Source: Planctomycetota bacterium
GTDB lineage: Bacteria; Planctomycetota; B15-G4
Length of the DNA stretch: 64,000 nt
Assembly (NCBI GenBank): GCA_029259745.1
Contig: JAJDEO010000030.1
Span: 47,657 to 111,656 of the forward strand
Direction: 5' to 3'
Within the stretch, counting starts at the first letter, position 1. The number at the start of each line of letters is the position of its first letter. The notes below the pieces were generated by a model, which was not told where the DNA came from, ran no database searches, and worked only from the letters and a program-made list of their open reading frames with translations. A program made the translations under genes and the position numbers. Positions 1 through 9,521 of the stretch are shown in pieces.

Positions 1-536
1 AGGACGTCGTCGGCTTCGGGGTAGCTCGCGAGCGACCAGGCGGGGCCGAGCGTTTCGGGATCCGAGCGGTGAAGCAGTCGCACGGTGATCGGCAAGCGCC
101 CGAAGAGGATGTCGTCGGCCTCGCCCTCGGACTCCGTGACGGGCAGCTCACCGAAGGTCCACTCCTCGACGATGCTCCGCTGCGAGGCCTCGATCCAACC
201 GGCGACGTAGAGGCGCCGCGGCTCGGCCGCGTCGAGCGTCAACGCGGTGGGCATGTAGTCGACCTCGCGGCGTCCGCGGTAACGATGGTTGCGACCCGCA
301 GTCGCGAGCGTGCCCGCCCACTTGACGAGCGGCACCGGCGTGTTCGAGTAGCCCACCTGCAACGTGACCGTCGCCTCTGAGGACTCGACCCCGACGTTCA
401 TCACGACCTCGTCGTGGCGATACGTCGTGCCGCGCATCGCGTCCTGCATCGCAACGGCGCTCACCGGCTCGTAGAAGTAGTTGATCACGGCGCAGACGAC
501 GAACGCCGTGAGCACGAAGGTCTCGAACTTGTTCAT
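1..536 (-). CDS. envelope/secreted protein of unknown function, C-terminus cut by window edge; paralog of 533..1375
   Basis: Hand translation from ATG at 536 (MNKFETFVLTAFVVCAVINYF...) stays open to position 1. It is colinear with its neighbour (YVAGWIEAS..VEEWTF; ETLGPAWSLASYPEAD). ATGA stop/start overlap at 533-536. Not in the ORF track because no stop lies inside the window. Confidence 0.6.
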   Translation of the reverse strand, partial: MNKFETFVLTAFVVCAVINYFYEPVSAVAMQDAMRGTTYRHDEVVMNVGVESSEATVTLQVGYSNTPVPLVKWAGTLATAGRNHRYRGRREVDYMPTALTLDAAEPRRLYVAGWIEASQRSIVEEWTFGELPVTESEGEADDILFGRLPITVRLLHRSDPETLGPAWSLASYPEADDV

Positions 537-1375
537 CGCGCGCCCTTCGCACGATGCGCGCGGCCCGCAGCCTCGTCGATCCAGACGTCGATGACGCCGT
601 TGCGGGTCTCGTCGAGCCACGTCTCGAGGGGCGCGGCGAATGACCGATGCGACGCGAACGGCAGCCGGCGAGACAGGCGGATGACTCGACCCCGGTCGAC
701 ATCGCTGTACGACCACACGGCTCGCAGGTGCCCGACCTCCTTGGCCTCACGCAGCACCTTCGTCGCCCCCGTGGGGACATCGACCTCGTGCAGCACGGCA
801 CCACCCGACGCCGAGTGCTCGAGATAGAGCAGCGCATCGGCCTCGGGATAGCTCGCGATCGACCAAGCCGGTCCGAGCGTGTCCGGCTTCGACGTCAGAA
901 CCGTGCGCACCGTGAATGTGGGCGGCGTGAACTCCATGACACCCGCCTCGTCGACCTGCACGCCGAGCGGATCGAAGGTCCACTCCTCGACGACGGCCTG
1001 CGACGTCGCCTCGATCCACCCCGCGACGAAGAGCCGGTGCGAGGGATCGTCGTGCGCCGCCGTGCTCGTCGGTTTGTAGTCGAGGACGTGGGTCTGGCGA
1101 TACGAGCTGTATCTGATCTCGCGTGTTTGTGCTTCGTACGTCGCGAGGTCGATCGGGGACGTCTCGCCGCGGATCGTCAGCGCCGACTCCGTCTTGTTCG
1201 CGTATCCGACCTGGACCGAGAGCACGACATCCGCGGGCGCACCGGACAGACGCGTCGGCGCCGTACCCTCGGCGAAGTGCGTGCCGATCATCTCGGGTGG
1301 CAGCGACGGTGAACGCTGCGCGTCCGCACGCGAGGCGACGACACAGAGCGTCAAAGCGACGAGGAGTTCACGCAT
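533..1375 (-). CDS. secreted protein of unknown function (signal peptide)
   Basis: The track ORF 533..1648 has a junk-like N-terminus. The internal ATG at 1375 gives MRELLVALTLCVVASRADAQ, a signal peptide. Paralogous to the downstream gene. 8-nt overlap with the upstream lipoprotein gene. Confidence 0.7.
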   Translation of the reverse strand: MRELLVALTLCVVASRADAQRSPSLPPEMIGTHFAEGTAPTRLSGAPADVVLSVQVGYANKTESALTIRGETSPIDLATYEAQTREIRYSSYRQTHVLDYKPTSTAAHDDPSHRLFVAGWIEATSQAVVEEWTFDPLGVQVDEAGVMEFTPPTFTVRTVLTSKPDTLGPAWSIASYPEADALLYLEHSASGGAVLHEVDVPTGATKVLREAKEVGHLRAVWSYSDVDRGRVIRLSRRLPFASHRSFAAPLETWLDETRNGVIDVWIDEAAGRAHRAKGAR

Positions 1376-1961
1376 CGGCGACCTCGGCGACGGGGATGTC
1401 GTCGGACGACGGGTCGAAGCCGAGCAGGCCGGCGAGCAGGTCGAGGATCTCGAAAGGGCGGATCTCGGCCTCGGCGCCCACGAGCAGCGCGTGGACTCCG
1501 GCGCCGATCGAGGCCTTGAGGCGGTCGTCGCTGCCGTCGAGCGAGACGGCGCCGGCGAGGACCTTGCGGTGGATCGAGGGCAGGTCGGAGTGGTCGCGCG
1601 ACGAGTAGGTCGGAAACATGAACTCGTCGTGCGTGTCGAACCAGACACCGCCGTAGCGACCGATCGTGCCGAACATCACGCAGGGGACGGCGCGCAGGCG
1701 TCGCTCGGTCGTGCCGATGTACTGGGCGTCCTGCGAGCCGCGGCGCATGAAGCCGATCTGCACGACCTCCGTGGCGCGGGCGTAGACGCCCAGCCCCGCA
1801 CCCAGTGCCACACGCACGCCGACCACGTCCATCGCGTCGGCCCCACGGGCCTCGAGCCACGATCCGACGTCGCGACGCCCGGCCGAACTCGCGCACCCGC
1901 CGAGCAGCAGCGATACGAGGAAAACGAGCAAGAGCGCCCGTGCGCGGGGGAAGCGGCTCAT
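1368..1961 (-). CDS. lipoprotein of unknown function
   Basis: The internal ATG at 1961 gives MSRFPRARALLLVFLVSLLLGGC, a lipobox (LLGGC). AAGGA lies about 8 nt upstream. First gene of a three-gene minus-strand operon. Confidence 0.7.
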   Translation of the reverse strand: MSRFPRARALLLVFLVSLLLGGCASSAGRRDVGSWLEARGADAMDVVGVRVALGAGLGVYARATEVVQIGFMRRGSQDAQYIGTTERRLRAVPCVMFGTIGRYGGVWFDTHDEFMFPTYSSRDHSDLPSIHRKVLAGAVSLDGSDDRLKASIGAGVHALLVGAEAEIRPFEILDLLAGLLGFDPSSDDIPVAEVADA

Positions 1962-2091
1962 CGGCGAGTCCTTTGACGGGAGGGTCGTGCATCGTAACGC
2001 AGGGCCGCGCGAGTAAACTCGCCAACGTGACTTCTCGGCCGCAGTCCGCCGCTCCGCTCGCCGCTCGCGCTGACCGCGAGGTGGCTGCGCG

Positions 2092-3294
2092 ATGAACATC
2101 ACGGCCGTCGCGACCTTCGCCCACCCCGAGCACCACGGGGGAGCAGAACGCGTGATCAGCGAGGTCTGCGCGCGGCTGGCGGCGCGCGGACACGCCGTGC
2201 GACTCGTGACCGGCGGCGCGGTGGGTGCGCCCGACGACGAGGTGCGCGACGGCGTGGTCGTGGCGCGCTACGCGCTCGATCGCAGTTCCACACCGGCGTT
2301 CTGGCGCAGTGTCCGGAGCGGCGTGAGCGGCCGGCTCGCCGAGCAGCCCACGCCCGACGTGCTGCACGTCCATCAGATCGCATCGGCTGTTCCGGCCGTC
2401 GACGCGCGGCTCGACTGCCCCATCGTGAGCTCGTTCTACGCCCCGTACGCGGAGGAATACCTCGCACGGCGGCGCGACGGTCGGGCTCGCGGACGCGTCG
2501 AGTGGAAGGCGCGGGCCACGGCGGCGTTGTTGCGACGCCTCGACCGGCGCGTGCTCGCGCGCTCGGCGCGGGTCGTCGTGCTCTCCGACTTCAGCGCGCG
2601 TCAGGTCGCCCGGCTTTCGAAGCGAGCGGCGACGCGCACGGTGCTCGCCCCGGCCGGCATCGACCTCGAGCGCTTCGCCCCGTCCGACGCTGACACGACG
2701 ACGGTCCGCGCGATGCTCGGCGCGCCCTCGCCGGGCACACCGCTCGTCCTCTCCGTGCGCCGCCTCGAACCGCGCATGGGACTCATCGACCTGCTCGAGG
2801 CCGCGGCGGTCCTGCGCGGGCGCGGCGTCGCGCTGCACGTTGCGATCGTCGGCGACGGCCCCGAGCGCGCGGCCCTCGAAGCGCGCGCGGCGCGCAACGA
2901 CCTCGCCGGCGCCGTCACCCTCGCGGGACGCATCGACGACGCGACGCTGCCGGACGTCTACCGCGCGTCCGACGTCTTCGTCCTGCCGACGCGTTCGCTC
3001 GAAGGCTTCGGCATGGCCACCGGCGAGGCCCTCGCGTCGGGCCTGCCCGTCGTCGCCACCGACATCGGCGCCACGCCGGATGTCCTCGCCGGCCTGGCGA
3101 GCGCCGCGCTCGTCGCGCCCGAACGCCCTGACCTGCTCGCCGACGCGCTCGAACCGCTGCTGCGCGACGAGTCCCTGCGCCGCGACGCCGCCGGCGCGGC
3201 GCGCGCCCACGCCGTCGCCACGCTTTCGTGGAGCCGTCACATCGCGGCGCTCGAACAGTGCTTCGAGGACGCCCGCGTCGAGGCCGCGCGATGA
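2092..3294 (+). CDS. glycosyltransferase, GT4 (GT-B fold)
   Basis: 400 aa. C-terminal EGFGMATGEALASGLPVVATDIG motif (E-x7-E). GAGGTGG RBS 8 nt upstream. Confidence 0.85.
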   Translation: MNITAVATFAHPEHHGGAERVISEVCARLAARGHAVRLVTGGAVGAPDDEVRDGVVVARYALDRSSTPAFWRSVRSGVSGRLAEQPTPDVLHVHQIASAVPAVDARLDCPIVSSFYAPYAEEYLARRRDGRARGRVEWKARATAALLRRLDRRVLARSARVVVLSDFSARQVARLSKRAATRTVLAPAGIDLERFAPSDADTTTVRAMLGAPSPGTPLVLSVRRLEPRMGLIDLLEAAAVLRGRGVALHVAIVGDGPERAALEARAARNDLAGAVTLAGRIDDATLPDVYRASDVFVLPTRSLEGFGMATGEALASGLPVVATDIGATPDVLAGLASAALVAPERPDLLADALEPLLRDESLRRDAAGAARAHAVATLSWSRHIAALEQCFEDARVEAAR

Positions 3295-4406
3295 GCCGGC
3301 CGCTGCGCGTCGTCGCCCTCACCCGCACGTCGGCCATCGGCCCGTCCACCCGCTACCGCATCCTCCAGTATCGCGACACGCTCGCACGCGATGGCATCGT
3401 CGTCGACACGGCACCGCTCTTCGGACCGACGTGGTTCGCGCTGCTCGACATGCGCGTGCCCGTCCTGACGCTGCTGCTCAAGATCGGCTACGCGAAGCTG
3501 CGCCTCGTCGCGCGCATCGCGCAGCTCGTCCGCGCGCGCGCCTCGGCGGCGGATGTCATCCTCGTCGAGCAGCAGCTCTTCCCTTACCTGCCGACGTGGA
3601 TCGAGCGGCGGCTGTGGCCCAAGCGCCAGGCGACGATCCTCGAGTTCGACGACGCGATCTACCTGACGCGCGGGCACGCGACCAAGCTGCGCGCGCTCTG
3701 TCGCCTCGCCACGCGGGTCATCGTCGGCAACGAGCACCTCGCGGAGTTCGCGCGCGCGACGGCCCGCGCTGTCGACGTCATCCCGACCACCGTCGATCTC
3801 AGCCGTTACGAGAACCTCGAGCACGCCCCGCGCGACAGCGGCCGGCCGTTTCGCGTCGGATGGATCGGCCTGCCCTACAACATCGCCTACCTCGAGACCC
3901 TCGCCGCACCGCTGCGTGCGCTCGCGGCCGAGGGGCCGGTCGAGCTGCGCGTGGTCAGCCGCGGCGCGCTGCCCAGTGGCCCGGCGTGGGACGGCGTCGA
4001 CGTCGTCGCGCGGCCGTGGTCGCTCGAGACCGAGGCGCGTGAGCTCGCCGCCTGCGACGTCGCAGTGATGCCGCTGCCCGACACGCCCTGGGCGCGCGGG
4101 AAGTGTGGCCTGAAGCTGCTCCAGGGCATGGCGGCCGGCGTGCCCGTCGTGGCGAGCCCGGTCGGGGTGAACGTCGACATCGTCACGCACGGCGAGAATG
4201 GGCTGCTCGCGGCCACAGACGAGGCCTGGGCCGAGGCCCTGCGCACGGTCCGCGACAACCCCGCATTCGCCGAATCCATGGCACGGAACGGGCGTCTCAC
4301 GGTCGAAAAGGCCTATACGCTCGAGGAAGGCGCCCGCCGCGTCGCCGCCGCATATCGTCGCGCCGCCGCTGCGTCCCCCGTTTCCGAACCCCGCCCCGCC
4401 TCATGA
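3291..4406 (+). CDS. glycosyltransferase (GT-B fold, GT4-like)
   Basis: Start reset to MSRPLRVVALT (ATGA overlap with the previous stop). C-terminal KCGLKLLQGMAAGVPVVASPVGVNVDIVTHGENGLL. Confidence 0.75.
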   Translation: MSRPLRVVALTRTSAIGPSTRYRILQYRDTLARDGIVVDTAPLFGPTWFALLDMRVPVLTLLLKIGYAKLRLVARIAQLVRARASAADVILVEQQLFPYLPTWIERRLWPKRQATILEFDDAIYLTRGHATKLRALCRLATRVIVGNEHLAEFARATARAVDVIPTTVDLSRYENLEHAPRDSGRPFRVGWIGLPYNIAYLETLAAPLRALAAEGPVELRVVSRGALPSGPAWDGVDVVARPWSLETEARELAACDVAVMPLPDTPWARGKCGLKLLQGMAAGVPVVASPVGVNVDIVTHGENGLLAATDEAWAEALRTVRDNPAFAESMARNGRLTVEKAYTLEEGARRVAAAYRRAAAASPVSEPRPAS

Positions 4407-5470
4407 ACCTGCCGAGCATCACCGACCTGATCCAGTGCGGGCTCGCGTTCCTGACGGCGTGGACGCTGGCGCTCTACCTCACGCCGCTCACGATCCAGAT
4501 CGCCGAGCGCTTCGGCATCACCGACGCTCCTGATGGCGCGCTGAAAACCCATACGAGTCCCACGCCGTACCTCGGCGGCCTCGCGGTCGGCTCGGCGTTC
4601 ATGATCGCCTTCAGCGTCTGGGCCACCCCCTCGGTCACCGACACACGCGCCCTCGGCATCCTCGCCGGCGGCTTCATGATGATCGTGCTCGGCCTCTACG
4701 ACGACCTGATCGACCTCGCGCCGGGCGTCAAGTTCGTCGGCCAGGCCCTCGCCGCGATCGTGCTTTTCAAAGCAGGAATCCACACCGAACTGCCGATCTT
4801 CCTGGATGACGCCGGCAACAGCTCATACCTCCTCAACTTCGTCGTCACGCTGCTCTGGGTGACCGCCATCACGAACGCGATCAACATCATCGATGTGATG
4901 GACGGACTCGCCACAGGCACGGCGATGATCGCGGCGCTGTTCCTGTTCACGATCGCGATCTTCGTCGGCGACGAACCGGTCGTCCCGTTCATGGCCATGG
5001 TGCTCGCCGGCGCGCTGCTCGGCTTCCTGCGCTTCAACTCGCGGCCCGCGAAGATCTTCCTCGGCGACACCGGCAGCCTCTTCATCGGCTTCATGCTCGG
5101 CGCCCTGACGATGCTCGTGTCGTACTCGGGACAGAACGGGCGGCTCGCGCTGCTCACGCCGATCGTGCTGCTCGCGATCCCGCTCTTCGACACGGTCTTC
5201 GTCGCCTGGCACCGCGCCCGGCGCGGTCTGCCGGTGTTTCGCGGATCGCCGGATCACTTCGCGCTGCGGCTCGTCCGAGATCGGGGTTGGACAGTGGCGC
5301 GCACGGTCGTCACGGTGCACGTCATTGCCGGTGTGCTCGGCATGCTCTCGCTGGCGCTGGTCTTCGGGCCCGACGAGGTCGTCGTCCCCCTGTTGCTCCT
5401 GGTTGCCGTCTCCGCGATCCTGGTGGCACGGTCCCTGTCTCGATCGACATCACCAGAGCCCCACGCGTGA
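4403..5470 (+). CDS. polyprenyl-phosphate sugar-1-phosphate transferase (WecA/MraY family initiating enzyme)
   Basis: Start reset to MNLPSITDL (ATGA overlap). Multi-TM protein with YDDLIDL and NAINIIDVMDGLATG motifs typical of the family. Confidence 0.88.
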   Translation: MNLPSITDLIQCGLAFLTAWTLALYLTPLTIQIAERFGITDAPDGALKTHTSPTPYLGGLAVGSAFMIAFSVWATPSVTDTRALGILAGGFMMIVLGLYDDLIDLAPGVKFVGQALAAIVLFKAGIHTELPIFLDDAGNSSYLLNFVVTLLWVTAITNAINIIDVMDGLATGTAMIAALFLFTIAIFVGDEPVVPFMAMVLAGALLGFLRFNSRPAKIFLGDTGSLFIGFMLGALTMLVSYSGQNGRLALLTPIVLLAIPLFDTVFVAWHRARRGLPVFRGSPDHFALRLVRDRGWTVARTVVTVHVIAGVLGMLSLALVFGPDEVVVPLLLLVAVSAILVARSLSRSTSPEPHA

Positions 5471-6813
5471 GTGACACCACAACACTGCTCGACCGCCACG
5501 ATCACGGCGCCCCGACCTGGGTGCACCGCGATCTCGTCACGCATGAGCCGTCCGGTGATGCCACGGCATGCAGTCCCGAGACAGCCGCGCGCGCACTGTG
5601 CAACCTCGACCCGATCGACCGGCGACTGCTCATCCTCTCGCACGGGCTCGGCTTCCGACTCGGCCCGGTTTCGTATGCCACACGCGTCGACCCGGCACTT
5701 GTCACGTGGCACCTCCAGCGAGCCATCGACGGTGCGGCGAAGGCCGCGGGCGTCGAGGCCGACGATCTCGAAGCCGCAATCCACGCGCTGCTGACGCGCG
5801 ACGACCACGCGGACGTCACACCAGCGCCGCCCGAGGGTGAGGGGGCGTCGTGGCGGGCAGCCGAACTGCTGCGGCATTTCCCCGAGGACGAGATCAGCCG
5901 CCTCACAGCACGCGTCGTTCACAACGTCGACTCGAACACGCTCGAGGAGAGCAACCCCGGCCTCGGTGTCGGGGCGATCGCGTTCGTCGGCGTCGTCGTC
6001 GCGGCGTTCATGATCTACGGCGCCCTGCGCGACGTGAATCCCGTCTGGCAAGGCACGCGCCTCATGCAGCTCGGCCAGTACGACGAGGCGCGGCGCGTGC
6101 TGTCCGACTACGCCCGGATGACGAAGTCGGGTGAGGCCGCCACGAAGGTCATTCTCTGCTGGCTGGCCGAGGGCGACTTCGACGAAGCGTTCCGGGAGCT
6201 TTCCGAGCACACTCAACTCACCGCGAACTTCGATCCGGAGGCGAACCACCCACTCGGCGCATTCCGGCCGAACGACGCGCCACTGGAGTTCGTCGGCGGC
6301 GATCCCGACTGCCCGGCGGTGCTTCCGCGCGGCCTCATCACGAACACGCGTCCGCCGTTCGTCTTCCTGAGTCGCGAAGCCGGAACCCTCGAGCTGAACC
6401 TGATCCCGAAGGTCGGCACCGAAGGCGACATCCGGACGGTCACTGTCGAGGTCGAGCCCACCAGCCAGCGTTTCACGCGCATCACCTACCCGTCGCATTG
6501 GGCGCCGATCCCGCCCGGCGCGGCCTCCTGGTCGGCCCCGGGCGTCGAGACGATGGCCTCCTTCACGGTGCTCGAGACCACGCGCACCCGCAAACTCATG
6601 AACCGCGCTCGTCTCGGCCTGCCGCCCAGCACGCCTGAGCCGGCCAAGTACTTCCTGCGCGGTCACTTCTATCTGCGCCACGAGCTCTATCAGCAAGCCG
6701 CCGAGCAGTTCGCCTGGCTCGTCCAGGAGTTTCCCGACGAGCGGTACCCGAGCGATCAGCTCGACCTGATCTCCGATGCCCTCGGAGTCGACCGCAAGGT
6801 CTTCCTCCGGTAG
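5467..6813 (+). CDS. single-pass membrane protein with N-terminal sigma-70 region-4-like HTH and C-terminal TPR-like repeats; function unknown
   Basis: GTGA overlap start (VSDTTTLL). LDPIDRRLLILSHGLGFRLGPVSYATRVDPALVTWHLQRA resembles a sigma region-4 HTH. TM segment GVGAIAFVGVVVAAFMIYGAL. High GC3 in this frame. The antisense 530-aa ORF was rejected. Confidence 0.5.
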   Translation: MSDTTTLLDRHDHGAPTWVHRDLVTHEPSGDATACSPETAARALCNLDPIDRRLLILSHGLGFRLGPVSYATRVDPALVTWHLQRAIDGAAKAAGVEADDLEAAIHALLTRDDHADVTPAPPEGEGASWRAAELLRHFPEDEISRLTARVVHNVDSNTLEESNPGLGVGAIAFVGVVVAAFMIYGALRDVNPVWQGTRLMQLGQYDEARRVLSDYARMTKSGEAATKVILCWLAEGDFDEAFRELSEHTQLTANFDPEANHPLGAFRPNDAPLEFVGGDPDCPAVLPRGLITNTRPPFVFLSREAGTLELNLIPKVGTEGDIRTVTVEVEPTSQRFTRITYPSHWAPIPPGAASWSAPGVETMASFTVLETTRTRKLMNRARLGLPPSTPEPAKYFLRGHFYLRHELYQQAAEQFAWLVQEFPDERYPSDQLDLISDALGVDRKVFLR

Positions 6814-6875
6814 CTTGCTGGGCCGAACGAGTTCTGAAACGGGCACGCCGCCCGCCCCCCGAGGATCGACGCCCT

Positions 6876-8264
6876 ATGGTCATTGCGCTCGGCGCCGGAC
6901 TCGCCGGACTGACGGCCGCCCATCACCTCCAGCGCAAGGGCCGCGACGCGCTCGTCTTCGAGCGCGCTGACGAACCCGGCGGCCTGTGTCGCTCGATGCG
7001 CGCCGACGGCTTCACGTTCGACCGGACGGGCCACGTCCTACACCTCCGCGACACGTCGCTGCGTGCGTGGCTGGACGAGATCCTGCCCGCCGACACGTGG
7101 CTCGAGGTCGATCGCAGCTCGGCCGTCTGGAGCCACGAGACCCTCACGCCCTACCCCTTCCAGGCGAACACGGCGGGGCTTCCCGTCGACGTCCGCCTCG
7201 AGTGCCTGCTCGGCTTCATCGACACACTGCGCGACGACCATCCCGCGCTCGGCGCGATCCCCGACGCCACCCCGCTCGCCGGCGGGCCGTCCTTCCTCAA
7301 CGTGCGTCCGCCCGTCGCCGACGACGAACCGAACTTCCACGACTGGATCCTGAGCACGTTCGGCGAAGGCTTCGCGAAACACTTCTTCCGGCCCTACAAC
7401 GAGAAGCAGTGGCAGCGCGACCTGCGCGAGATCACGGGCGACTGGGTGAGCTGGTCGATCCCGCGTCCCGAACTCACCGACGTGTTGCGCGGCGCGATCA
7501 CGGCCAACGACAAGGCTTTCGGCTACAACCCGCACTTCCTCTACCCGCGCGAAGGTGGCATCGACCGGCTGCCGAACGCGATCGCAGCGACACTCGCGGA
7601 CGACACGATTCGTACCGGTTGCGAGGTCGTTGCACTCGAAGCCGCGACGCGCCGTGTCACCGTGCGCGACGCGTCCGGCGTCGAGAACGTGCACGACGCG
7701 CCGGCGATCCTGTCGTCGCTCCCGCTGGCACGCCTTGCCGCCATGACGACCGACCTGCCCGCCCCGCTGCGCGAAGCCGCCACGTCGCTTTCTGCCGTTT
7801 CGGTGCGATGCATCGACCTCGGTGTGCGTGGCGAGGCGCCCTTCGGCGACACCCAGTGGGTCTACGTCCCCGAGCGCGACGCGCCGTTCCATCGCGTCGG
7901 GTTCCCGAAGGCCCTGTGTCCTGCGATGGCTCCCGACGGCTGCTACTCCGTGGCCGCCGAGATCGCCTTCCGCGCCGACGATGACCCGGGCGTCGACCGG
8001 CATCTTGCCGTGACGCGCGAGCACCTCGCGAAGATGGGTGCCGTGCCCACGGACGCCGACGTCGTCACCTCGCACGTCGATACGATCGCCGACGCGTACG
8101 TCGTCTTCGACAAGGCCCGCCGCGCCGCGCTCGCGCCGCTGTTGTCGTTCTACGTCAAGCACGGCGTGATCCCGATGGGACGCTACGGCACGTGGGACTA
8201 CCTCTCGATGCAGGACAGCCTCGCCCACGGACGCGACGCCGCAGAGTGGTCCGCCGCCCGGTGA
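6876..8264 (+). CDS. FAD-dependent oxidoreductase of the amine-oxidase fold, UDP-galactopyranose-mutase-like
   Basis: N-terminal VIALGAGLAGLTAA..ERADEPGGLCRS dinucleotide-binding motif. GFTFDRTGHVLH and TPYPFQAN resemble mutase-type flavoenzymes. The specific substrate is an inference. Confidence 0.6.
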   Translation: MVIALGAGLAGLTAAHHLQRKGRDALVFERADEPGGLCRSMRADGFTFDRTGHVLHLRDTSLRAWLDEILPADTWLEVDRSSAVWSHETLTPYPFQANTAGLPVDVRLECLLGFIDTLRDDHPALGAIPDATPLAGGPSFLNVRPPVADDEPNFHDWILSTFGEGFAKHFFRPYNEKQWQRDLREITGDWVSWSIPRPELTDVLRGAITANDKAFGYNPHFLYPREGGIDRLPNAIAATLADDTIRTGCEVVALEAATRRVTVRDASGVENVHDAPAILSSLPLARLAAMTTDLPAPLREAATSLSAVSVRCIDLGVRGEAPFGDTQWVYVPERDAPFHRVGFPKALCPAMAPDGCYSVAAEIAFRADDDPGVDRHLAVTREHLAKMGAVPTDADVVTSHVDTIADAYVVFDKARRAALAPLLSFYVKHGVIPMGRYGTWDYLSMQDSLAHGRDAAEWSAAR

Positions 8265-9427
8265 CGTCGCAGCGGGCGACGGTCGTGCACGTCATCACCC
8301 GCCTCGATCTCGGCGGTGCGCAGCAGAACACACTCGACACGATTCGCCTGCTCGATCGCGAACGCTACGCCCCGCAGCTTGTCTGCGGCCGCGGGGGCGA
8401 GCTGCATGACGAAGCCCGCGCGCTCGGCGTCCCCTTCACGGTGCTCGACCGACTCGTCCATCCGGTGCGCCCCATCGACGACGCCGCTGCCGTTGCCGAG
8501 TTGCGCAGCTACCTCGTCGCCGAACGTGGCGCCTCGAACGACGCGCCGATGATCGTGCACACGCACAGCAGCAAGGCCGGTGTGATCGGACGCATGGCCG
8601 CGATCCGCGCGGGCATCGCGCCGGTCATCCACTCGATCCACGGCTTCGGCTACGACGTTCTCGGGCCCGCGGCTCGGCGCGTCGCACTCGGCGTCGACCG
8701 TTGGCTCGGACGACGCACGGACGCGTTCATCTCCGTCGCCGACCATCACCTCCGCGAAGGCCGCCGCCTCGGGCTCATCGGCTCGCAGGTCACGCGCGTG
8801 ATCCGCAGCGGCTTCGACCTCGCCGAGTTCGCGACCTCGCCCGTGCGTCGCGAAGTCGCGCGCGCCGCGCTCCGCTATCGCGAGACCGACCTCGTCGTCG
8901 GCATGATCGGAAACCTCAAGGCGCAGAAGAACCCGCTCGAGTTCGTCGCGATCGCCGAGCGCGTCCGTGCGAGTCGCCCCGACGCACGCTTCTTCCTCAC
9001 CGGCGAAGGTCCGCTGCGCGGCGAGGTCGAGGCCGCCATCGCGAACAGCGAGCACCTCGACGAGTCGACGTTCCGGCTGCTCGGCTGGCGTCACGATGTT
9101 CCCGACCTGCTCGCCGCCCTCGATGTCGCGGCGCTGACATCACGCTGGGAAGGTCTTCCGCGCGCGTGTCCGCAGGCCATGGCAGCATCGCGCCCGATCG
9201 TCGCCACGGCCGTGGACGGCACACCCGAGGCGATCGTCGACGGGCGCAACGGCTTCCTCTACGAGCCAGGCGACATCGACACCGCCGTCGCCGCGATCAC
9301 GCGCCTGCTCGACGACGCCGCGTTGCGTCAGACGATCGGCGACAACGGCCCGCGTGACGCAGCGCCATGGGATGTCGTGCGGATGGTGCGCGAGCAGGAA
9401 GAGCTCTACGCGGCCATGCTCGGATAG
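8261..9427 (+). CDS. glycosyltransferase, GT4
   Basis: GTGA overlap start (VTSQRATVVHVITRLDLGGAQ). C-terminal SRWEGLPRACPQAMAASRPIVATAVDGTPE. Confidence 0.85.
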   Translation: MTSQRATVVHVITRLDLGGAQQNTLDTIRLLDRERYAPQLVCGRGGELHDEARALGVPFTVLDRLVHPVRPIDDAAAVAELRSYLVAERGASNDAPMIVHTHSSKAGVIGRMAAIRAGIAPVIHSIHGFGYDVLGPAARRVALGVDRWLGRRTDAFISVADHHLREGRRLGLIGSQVTRVIRSGFDLAEFATSPVRREVARAALRYRETDLVVGMIGNLKAQKNPLEFVAIAERVRASRPDARFFLTGEGPLRGEVEAAIANSEHLDESTFRLLGWRHDVPDLLAALDVAALTSRWEGLPRACPQAMAASRPIVATAVDGTPEAIVDGRNGFLYEPGDIDTAVAAITRLLDDAALRQTIGDNGPRDAAPWDVVRMVREQEELYAAMLG

Positions 9428-9521
9428 CCGCGGTTTTTCACGGCGACCGTCGCGAGGTTGCCGCTGGGTCTTGCAGGCAAGGCGCAGCGAGGCCGGGCTC
9501 GTCTTTGCCGGACACCCGCCG

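Noticed and set aside
1351-3240. 629-aa minus-strand ORF antisense to the first glycosyltransferase. Similar long shadow ORFs occur at 5254-6846 (-), 10681-12174 (+), 17916-19613 (+), 24999-27179 (+), 46192-48084 (+) and 58984-60339 (+).
   Set aside because: Their translations are dominated by Arg, Ala, Gly and Pro and carry no motifs. They overlap genes with clear family signatures on the other strand or in another frame. Long stop-free shadow frames are expected at about 70 % GC.
7721-7740. TGGCAC-containing strings inside coding regions (here and at about 46566, 48380 and 31612).
   Set aside because: They have the wrong GG-GC spacing or no TTGC element, and they lie within ORFs.
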